A program made the position numbers and the translations under genes. DNA of 32,000 bases from Propionibacterium ruminifibrarum (GTDB lineage Bacteria > Actinomycetota > Actinomycetes > Propionibacteriales > Propionibacteriaceae): NCBI RefSeq assembly GCF_900289195.1, contig NZ_OMOH01000006.1, positions 30,001 to 62,000 on the forward strand. The letters run 5' to 3'. Below are positions 1 to 6,800 of this stretch, one piece after another; the first letter of the stretch is position 1; each line of letters opens with the position of its first letter. The notes beneath the pieces are model-generated. The model was not told the origin of the DNA. It saw only the letters and a list, made by a program, of their open reading frames with translations, and did not search any database.

Positions 1-901
1 TCAGCGTGTAGGTGGTGCCGTCGGTGGCGTCCTTGAGGGTGTTGTCCGCCAGCGGGATGCGCCCGTACTGGCCCGACTCGTACTGCTCGTAGCCGTCGGT
101 GCCGGCGAGCTGTTCGTCGGCGTAGTACTCGAAGCCACCGGCCCCGGTGCCCTCGGAGTTCACGAAACCGACGATGTTCGAGGCGAGCGTGCCCGAGGGG
201 TACACCCGGATCGGATCGTCCTCGCTGGTGATGCCGTACAGGCCCTTGTTGCCCAGGACGTCGGTGACCTCGTCGAGCGCCTGGCGGAGCTGCTCGTAGG
301 TGTCGGCGACGACGTCCTCCTTGAGCACCTCGTACTGGTTGACCGAACCGTCGCCGGTGGTGGTCCGCTTGAGGGCCGGCAGGTAGTCGGTGGTCGCGCC
401 GCCGAGGAAGTTGACGAGCACCTCGGCGATCTGGTGGGGGGTGCGATCGGCCAGGTCGGCGGCCTGCTGGTCGGTCAGATTGTCGGCGTTGTACCCGTTG
501 ACGCTGATCGAGGCGGGATCGGCTATCACCTTCACTGCGGGCTGGGTGGTCGCCAGCACCTCGCCGTTGCGGTCGAGAATCGATCCCCGGGTGGCCTTGA
601 TGGTGCGCGTGTGCGTCATCTTCTCCGCCGCCGCCTGGGCGTTGGCCGCCGAGTCGAGGCCCTGCAGCTGAAAGGCCCGTCCGGCCAGCAGGCACAGGAT
701 CAGGACGAGGACGATCATGCTGGCGCGCAGCCGGAAGGTGGTCGAGCCCAGCCTCATGTGGAAATCGGCCGGGGCGGGGCTGTGCCCCGACCCGCGTGAG
801 GGGCCCCGTCCGCTGTGGGAGCGCGATGAGGTCGTTCGGCGCGGGCCGGGCTGGGCACCCCGTGAGGAGGAGCGGGGGCGAGGACGATCGGGGGACGCCA
901 T
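1..901 (-). CDS. ftsI: Penicillin-binding protein / peptidoglycan D,D-transpeptidase FtsI (PBP3-like); only the N-terminal 300 codons are in the window, the 3' end runs off it
   Basis: Absent from the ORF track because there is no stop in the window. My translation of the minus strand from the ATG at 901 reads MASPDRPRP...FRLRASMIVLVLILCLLAGRAFQLQGLDSAANAQAAAEKMTHTRTIKATRGSILDRNGEVLATT...IRVYPSGTLASNIVGFVNSEG. That is a basic N-terminus, one TM helix, then PBP dimerisation-domain motifs. The ATGA overlaps the ftsL-like stop (901-903). The order mraZ-rsmH-ftsL-ftsI is the canonical dcw order. Confidence 0.9.
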   Translation of the reverse strand, partial: MASPDRPRPRSSSRGAQPGPRRTTSSRSHSGRGPSRGSGHSPAPADFHMRLGSTTFRLRASMIVLVLILCLLAGRAFQLQGLDSAANAQAAAEKMTHTRTIKATRGSILDRNGEVLATTQPAVKVIADPASISVNGYNADNLTDQQAADLADRTPHQIAEVLVNFLGGATTDYLPALKRTTTGDGSVNQYEVLKEDVVADTYEQLRQALDEVTDVLGNKGLYGITSEDDPIRVYPSGTLASNIVGFVNSEGTGAGGFEYYADEQLAGTDGYEQYESGQYGRIPLADNTLKDATDGTTYTL

Positions 902-1458
902 CAGCCACCGGCCTGACTGCTCTGGACGGCCCCGGGGTCCGTCCCCTGTGCCTCGTCATCCCCCTGGCCCGCCTGATCCTGCTCGTCGGGCAGGGGCGGC
1001 TCGGCGGCCTCGGCCGGCTGGCCGGCCGACGAGGAATTCGCCGACGGGTTGGCCGCAGCGCTCTCGGCGGGGACGACGCCCGGCATCTCGGTGCCGTCCA
1101 TGGCGGCGGGCGTGCCGTGACTCGTGCCATCGGGCATCTGGATGATGAGCGGGTTCGTGTTGGGCACCATGCCGAGCGCCGCGGCCATCCTCGCCAGCGA
1201 GTTCGTGGTGCTGAGCTCGTTCACCTCGCCCTGCAGCGCCGCCTCGTGGTAGGAGGCCTGCTCGGCCTGGTCCTGCAGTTCCTCGAGCTCGGCCTGCTGC
1301 TGCTGGATCTGGGTGCTCAGTACGAGGACCAGCCCGAGGCCGATACCGAGCAGGCCGATGAGCAGCAGGACGAAGGCGCCGTTGGTCAGGCGACGGCCGC
1401 CGTGCCCGTCGGGGGTGAAGACGCGCAGGCGGACGCGACGGGATCGGTGCTGTGCCAT
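901..1458 (-). CDS. ftsL: Cell division protein FtsL-like (bitopic membrane protein with coiled coil), 185 aa
   Basis: This is the C-terminal part of the 468-aa track ORF 901..2307, starting at the ATG at 1458 (MAQHRSRRVRLRVF...). It has a basic N-terminus, a TM helix AFVLLLIGLLGIGLGLVLVLS and a heptad-like segment QIQQQQAELEELQDQAEQASYHEAALQGEVNEL. The C-terminal tail is long and rich in Pro, Ala and acidic residues. ATGA start/stop overlaps occur with rsmH (1458) and ftsI (901). The assignment rests on position between rsmH and ftsI, since FtsL is poorly conserved in sequence. Confidence 0.75.
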   Translation of the reverse strand: MAQHRSRRVRLRVFTPDGHGGRRLTNGAFVLLLIGLLGIGLGLVLVLSTQIQQQQAELEELQDQAEQASYHEAALQGEVNELSTTNSLARMAAALGMVPNTNPLIIQMPDGTSHGTPAAMDGTEMPGVVPAESAAANPSANSSSAGQPAEAAEPPLPDEQDQAGQGDDEAQGTDPGAVQSSQAGG

Positions 1459-2450
1459 CAGCGCGCCTCCCCGGTCGAGGGCCTGACACGTTCGATGACA
1501 CGCAGCCGCGCCGAGGCGGCACGGGGGTTCTTGGCGATCTCCTCGGCGGTGGGGCGCTGGGCGCCGCGGGTGAGCAGGGTGAACCGGGCGAGCAGGTGCT
1601 CGGGGACGACGGGCAGGCCGGCCGGTGCCAGGTCGCTGGCCGCCTCGGCGAAGGCACGTTTGACGATACGGTCCTCCAGCGAGTGGTAGGCCAGAACGGC
1701 CGCGCGCGCATGCTGGTTCATGCGTTCCAGCATGACAGGTAGGACCCCTGCCAAGGCGTCCAGCTCGCCGTTGACCTCGATCCGGAGCGCCTGGAAGACA
1801 CGGCGGGCGGGATGGCCGCTCTGTCTGCCACGGACGGCGGCGGGCAGGGCACTGATGATGGTCTGCACGAGACGGGCCGAGGTGGTGAAGGGAGCGTGGC
1901 CGCGCTCGGCGACGATCGCCCGCACTATGCGCTGGGCCTGACGCTCCTCGCCGTACTCGCGCAGGATGCGGACGAGTTCGGCGGGCGGGTAGGTGTTCAG
2001 GACATCGGCGGCCGTCAGGGTGCCGCGGGTGTCCATGCGCATGTCGAGCGGGGCATCGACCCGGTAGGCGAAGCCACGGGCTGCGCGATCGATCTGCAGG
2101 CTCGACAGGCCGAGGTCGAGGAGCATGGCGTCGAGGTGTGTGACGCCCGCGTCGTCCAGGATCCGCCCGAGGTCGTCGAACCGGGCCTGCACCAGCCGAA
2201 CGCGGCTTCCGAAGCGGGCCAGTCGCCGCCCCGCCACGTCCAGCGCCTCGGCGTCCTGGTCGATGCCGACCAGGACCGCCTGCGGACAGCGATCGAGGAT
2301 GAGACATGCGTGCCCCGCCATGCCCAGGGTGCCGTCGACGTAGACGGCGTCGGGGCGATCGAGCGCCGGCGCGAGGCGTTCGGCGACGGCACCGGCCATC
2401 ACCGGGACATGGAGGACGGTGGGGTCATCCTCAGGACCCTGTTCGACCAT
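1458..2450 (-). CDS. rsmH: 16S rRNA (cytosine1402-N4)-methyltransferase RsmH (MraW), 330 aa
   Basis: Track ORF 1458..2498. It carries the HVPVM motif near the N-terminus, the SAM-binding DGTLGMAGH motif and LLDLGLSSLQID. It also ends in the ...SARLRV.ER motif. I prefer the ATG at 2450 (MVEQGPEDD...) because a strong SD GGGGGAGGAG lies 4-5 nt upstream. The track start at 2498 is a TTG. Confidence 0.93.
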   Translation of the reverse strand: MVEQGPEDDPTVLHVPVMAGAVAERLAPALDRPDAVYVDGTLGMAGHACLILDRCPQAVLVGIDQDAEALDVAGRRLARFGSRVRLVQARFDDLGRILDDAGVTHLDAMLLDLGLSSLQIDRAARGFAYRVDAPLDMRMDTRGTLTAADVLNTYPPAELVRILREYGEERQAQRIVRAIVAERGHAPFTTSARLVQTIISALPAAVRGRQSGHPARRVFQALRIEVNGELDALAGVLPVMLERMNQHARAAVLAYHSLEDRIVKRAFAEAASDLAPAGLPVVPEHLLARFTLLTRGAQRPTAEEIAKNPRAASARLRVIERVRPSTGEAR

Positions 2451-2571
2451 GTTCTCCTCCCCCGCTCCCGACAGCGGAACTGCGGCATCCGGTTTCAACC
2501 CGAGCCAGGTTCACCTGGCGCCGGGGAAGGTGCGCCAGGGGATCAGCCCGGGCCGAAGCCGCATGCCGCAG

Positions 2572-3009
2572 TCAGCGGTCAACATCAGCTGCGAGGATCT
2601 CGCCGTTCATGTCGGCGAAGACATCCTCCTGGGCAGCGGAGTAGTTCTCCCAGGTGGCGCAGTCCCAGATCTCGACCCTGTTGATGGCGCCGACCACGAC
2701 GATCTCCTTGTCGAGCCCCGCGTAGGAACGCAGCGCCGGGGGGATCGTCACCCGCCCCTGCTTGTCCGGCACCTCATCGCTCGCCCCGGCCGCCAGCATG
2801 CGCTGGAAGTCGCGGACCTGCTTCAGCGTCGCCGGAGCGGTGCTGACCGACTGGGTCATGGCGACGAACGTGTCCATCGGGTAGATGGCCAGACAACGAT
2901 CCTGGGATCGCGTGATGACCAGACCCTCGGCCAGTTCGTCCCGGAACTTCGCCGGGAGGAAGAAACGACCCTTGTCGTCGAGCTTCGGGGTGTGGGTACC
3001 CAGGAACAT
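2572..3009 (-). CDS. mraZ: Transcriptional regulator MraZ, 145 aa
   Basis: Track ORF 2572..3030. It has the canonical N-terminus MFLGTHTPKLDDKGRFFLPAKFR and a duplicated SpoVT/AbrB-like half (DKQGRVTIPPALR). The ATG at 3009 is preceded by the SD AAGGGGGAGG. The track start at 3030 is a GTG lying inside that SD. Confidence 0.95.
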   Translation of the reverse strand: MFLGTHTPKLDDKGRFFLPAKFRDELAEGLVITRSQDRCLAIYPMDTFVAMTQSVSTAPATLKQVRDFQRMLAAGASDEVPDKQGRVTIPPALRSYAGLDKEIVVVGAINRVEIWDCATWENYSAAQEDVFADMNGEILAADVDR

Positions 3010-3046
3010 TGGGCCTCCCCCTTCGCTCACCGATGACGGGTTTTCA

Positions 3047-3082
3047 CTCCACTGGCCCCCACATTACTCCATTTCGCTCCAT
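3047..3082 (-). promoter_or_regulatory. Candidate MraZ operator: four direct repeats (A/G)TGG(A/G)G at exact 10-bp spacing upstream of mraZ
   Basis: The minus strand reads aATGGAGcga aATGGAGtaa tGTGGGGgcc aGTGGAGtga. Plus-strand copies ctccat/ctccat/ccccac/ctccac start at 3077, 3067, 3057 and 3047. The nearest box is 38 nt upstream of the mraZ ATG. A -10-like TAATGT lies inside the array. This matches the known MraZ preference for phased GTGGG-type direct repeats in the Pmra region. Confidence 0.6.
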
Positions 3083-3157
3083 TTCATTACACACCGCCCC
3101 CCTGCACCCCCACCCATATCGCCGATGACCGTAGACGACTCGTGCCGGTGAACGCAC

Positions 3158-3191
3158 AAGAGCCCCCGGGCCACGTGGCCCGGGGGCTCTT
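3158..3191 (-). terminator. Perfect 34-nt palindrome / GC-rich hairpin downstream of the DUF3040 gene
   Basis: aagagcccccgggccacgtggcccgggggctctt forms a 15-bp perfect stem. It lies 85 nt after the stop at 3276 and upstream of the mraZ promoter region. The minus-strand transcript ends the stem in CUCUU followed by GUGCGUU, which is only a weak U tract. Confidence 0.5.
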
Positions 3192-3275
3192 GGGATTCCC
3201 CGGTGGGAACCCTGATTCCTCAGTCGCGGCGCTGCTCGCCGCCGAGCTGCACCACCGGTTCGACTCGGCTGCGGA

Positions 3276-3671
3276 TCACAGGCGCCCCTCGTCCTGACGG
3301 CGGCGCCAGCGATCCTCCATCCTCGTCGTGAAGGGATCGGACGAGATGGGCTTGCCCTGGACCGGCTTGCGCCGGGAGTCCGTCCTCGTCCTGGCGGAGG
3401 ATCCGCTCCAGGCGTTGAGGGCGAGTACGGCCGAACTGAACATGGCGACGAAGCCGACCACGCTGACGACCCAGACCGTCTGCATGCCGATGAGCAGAAG
3501 GGCCAGACCCATGACGAACCCGAGTCCGGCGAGACCTGCCTTGCGGCGCGAACGGGTAGGAGGACGGCGCTTGGCCGGCGTGCCCATCGTACGAGCCAGC
3601 CGGGGGTCTTCGGCTCTCAGCGATGCTTCGAGTTCATCGAGCATCTTCTGCTCTTCGTTCGAGAGGGGCAT
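3276..3671 (-). CDS. DUF3040 family membrane protein, 131 aa
   Basis: Track ORF 3276..3704. The N-terminus MPLSNEEQKMLDELEASLRAEDPRLA is the hallmark of actinobacterial DUF3040. Two hydrophobic helices follow (AGLAGLGFVMGLALLLIG, VWVVSVVGFVAMFSSAVLAL). The ATG at 3671 is preceded by the SD AAGGAGG. From memory, its position upstream of mraZ matches M. tuberculosis Rv2169c. Confidence 0.85.
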   Translation of the reverse strand: MPLSNEEQKMLDELEASLRAEDPRLARTMGTPAKRRPPTRSRRKAGLAGLGFVMGLALLLIGMQTVWVVSVVGFVAMFSSAVLALNAWSGSSARTRTDSRRKPVQGKPISSDPFTTRMEDRWRRRQDEGRL

Positions 3672-3832
3672 CACACGCCTCCTTAAGTCAGGCGTCCAGT
3701 CCATCGATGGACTGACTGTGCCTCCAGTCTATGACCCGCCCTGTCTCTGGGAAACGCCGATCTCGGATCAATTCCGGGCCGTCATCGTGTGGCGCATCGG
3801 CGCCACCACACCGCCGCGACGCAGGGCCGGCA

Positions 3833-3865
3833 CCGGACCACATGCCCACGTGGGCGGTGGCCCGG
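3833..3865 (-). terminator. Imperfect GC-rich hairpin about 34 nt downstream of the large adhesin gene
   Basis: ccgg-a-ccac-at-gccc acgt gggc-g-gtgg-c-ccgg is centred on the palindrome GCCCACGTGGGC. There is no U tract, as is common in high-GC actinobacteria. Confidence 0.3.
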
Positions 3866-3898
3866 CACCGGCGATCGTCGTCGCTCGTCAGCGGCTCA

Positions 3899-6800
3899 TC
3901 ACCGACGACGCCTGCGCAGGAGCGGCACAGCGGCCACCACGCAGACCAGTGCCGCTGTGAGTCCTGCCGCACCAGCACCGGTCCTGGGCAGGCCGGACGG
4001 GCTCGTCGAGTGTCTCCTGGGTGACTCACCGGTGGAGGGCTCGGGAGCCGGAGTGGAGGATTCCGGGGTCTCGTCAGGGGTCGACGGGGTCGGCTCCGGG
4101 ACCGGCGTGTAGACGTTCTCGAACTCGACCGGGACGACCTGGTCACGCTCGGAGACGGTCACCGTCCGGTCCTGCGGAGCGTCCAGCGTGTACCCGTCGA
4201 TCTGCGCCGCATCCGCGTCCTCGGAGATGGTGCACTCGGTACCCAGCGGGAAGGACGTGTCCGCCGTGACCGCCGTGCCGTCGCCCGGGACGGTGAGCGA
4301 ACCGGTCTGACCGTCGGTGCAGTCATAGGTGAAGGTGAACTCCTTGTCACCAGCCGAGGCGCCGGACACCGACTTCGCCACGGAGAACGTGCCGCGGTGC
4401 AGGGTGTACGTGTTCGTCGCGGCGATCGCGATCTCGGCGCCATTGACCACATCGAAACTCGCGCTCGGACCCGAGGCCTCCTGACCATCAAGGGTCAGGA
4501 TCGCCGCCAGGTCGGTGCCGGCGGCCTCGGCGTCGCGCTCGGTCACGGTGCAGCGGCCGACCGGCACGTTCGTGACGCTAGCAGTCGCTCCGGCCCCGAC
4601 CGTCAGCTCGCCGGACACGGTGCTCTCCCCGGCCTCATCGGTGCAGTCGTAGTCGAAGGTGAATGACGTGGGAGCCAGTGAGGCGCCGTCGCCGTCAACG
4701 GTCTTCGCGACGGTGAAGCCGCCGACCAGCCGCGTGTAGTCGTTCGTCACGGTCAGGACGGGATTCTCGCCCTTGGCGATGGTCACCGTCGTGTCCGAGT
4801 ACCGTGTCGCCACCGCGAAACCGGCGCGTTCAGCGCTGCCGGCGTCCTCGGTGATCGTGCACGAGGTCCCGGTCGGCAGCCTCGGACCGGACACCTCGCT
4901 GCCATCGCCGGGCACCACCAGCGAACCCGTCGCGTCATTGTCACAGCTGTAGTTCACGGTGAACGCATCCGAGGGCGAGGCCTGGTAGTCACCGGTCACC
5001 TGCTTGGCCACCGAGAAGGTGGCCTCGTCGCGGGTGTAGGCGTTCTCGAAGTCGACCGGAACGACCTGATCCTTCTCGGTGATCGTCACCGTCCGGTCCT
5101 GCGGAACATCCAGCGTGTACCCGTCGATCTGCGCCGCATCGGCGTCCTCCGAGACCGTGCACCAGGTGCCCAGCGGGAAGGACGCGTCGGCCGTGACCGC
5201 CCTGCCATCGCCCTTGGCCGTCAGAGAACCGGTCTGACCATCAGAGCAGTCATAGGTGAAGGTGAACTCCTTGTCACCGGCCGAGACACCCGACACCGAC
5301 TTCGCCACGGAGAACGTGCCGCGGTGCAGGGTGTACGTGTTGGTCGCGGCAACCGCGATCTCGGCGCCATCGGTCACATCGAAGCTCACGCTCGGACCAG
5401 AGGCCTCCTGGCCATCCACGGTCAGACGCGTCTCCTGGTCAGCAACGATCACCTCGGCGTTACGTTCGGTCACGGTGCACCGGCCGACCGGCACATCGGT
5501 GACGCTGGCAGCAGTACCGGCCTCGACCGCCACGGATCCGGACCGCGTCGGCTCACCGGCCTCATCGACGCAGTCGTAGTCGAAGGCGAACGCCCGAGGC
5601 GCGAGTGAGGCCCCGTCGCCGTCAACGCTCTTCGCGATGGTGAACCCGCCGACCAGCCGGGTGTAGTCATTCGTCACCGTCAGCAGGAGCGCAGCACTTC
5701 CTGAGATGACCACGGATGTGTCCGAGTAACTCGTCGCCACCACGTAGCCATCGCGCTCTGCGCTGTGGGCGTCCTCGGTGATCGTGCATACGATACCGGC
5801 CGGCAGTCTCGGGCTGAGTACCTCGGAGCCGTCACCTGGCACATCAAGCGAACCCTCCGACCCATCGTCACAGCGGTAATTGACGGTGAACATCTCAGCG
5901 GACGAGGCCTGGTAATCACCGGTGACCAGCTTCCTCACAAGGAGTGCACCCTCATTACGGGTGTAGTTATTTGTGAACGAGACCGGTATCGGCGTCATCG
6001 CGTCCGATATCGTCACTGTCTGGTCCTGCGGCACGTCCAGTGCGTGGTTTGGCACCTCCGCAGACGAGGTGTCCTCCGAGATCGTGCACTCAGTACCGAG
6101 CGGGAAGGATCTGTCGGCCGTGACCGCCGCGCCGTCGCCTTTGACCGTCAACGAACCGGTCTGACCATCAGAGCAGTCATAGGTGAAGGTGAACTCCTTG
6201 TCACCGGCCGAGACACCCGACACCGACTTCGTCACCGAGAACGTGCCCAGGGCGGTCACCTGGTTGCTCAGGTTGACGGCGACGGAGGTCTGGTCGCCGA
6301 TCGTCAGGGTGTTGGTGGTGCGGTTGCCGATGGTGAAGACGGGATCGCCCCACGCGTAGCCGTCGGGGGCCGGCGAGGCCGTTGACGTGTCCTCCTCCAG
6401 GGTGATCCGGGTACCGGCGGGGAAGGTGCTCGGGTACGGGGTCTTCTGGCCGACTCGCACCGTCATCGTCGTGGTGCCGGTTCTGCGGTCGGCGTTGAGC
6501 GTGCCGGGAGCCGTCCAGCCCTCGTAGGCCGAGGCCGCAGCGGGCAGCTCGTAGTTCACGGCGACCGTCAGGCTCGTTCCGTCGGGCACGCTGCTCGCGC
6601 CGTTGCCGCGCAACAGTTTGGTGACGTCGAAGCCGCCGAAACCGGCCGCCATCTCGACAGAGATCGAGAAGGAGTCGACGTAATAGCGTTCCGCGCTGCG
6701 TGTCTGGTTCAGGCCCTGGAGGGTGACGCTGTTCTGGTACTGGAAGCCCTTGACGACGCTGCCACCCGGGAAATCAGCGTTGTAGACGATGAAGTAGTTG

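Noticed and set aside
1459-2307. The upstream 283 codons of the 468-aa minus-strand ORF 901..2307, plus the overlapping ORFs 956..1711 (-) and 796..1689 (+)
   Set aside because: It is an alternative frame of rsmH with Arg/Pro-rich nonsense composition. The real genes are rsmH (1458..2450) and the ftsL-like gene, which starts at the internal ATG at 1458.
3688-4146. ORFs 3688..4146 (-) and 7822..8436 (-) sharing the identical N-terminus MTRSSRSSSRTSTRRSRSRPRRP, which might suggest a duplicated small gene
   Set aside because: Both are off-frame readings of the duplicated 3' adhesin module and stalk region. The identity simply mirrors the DNA repeat (4082-4257 vs 8372-8547).
4105-6255. Regularly spaced repeats considered as a possible CRISPR array or mobile-element repeats
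   Set aside because: The period is 927 bp. The repeats are in-frame within one long ORF and encode protein domains. There is no short repeat/spacer architecture and there are no cas genes.
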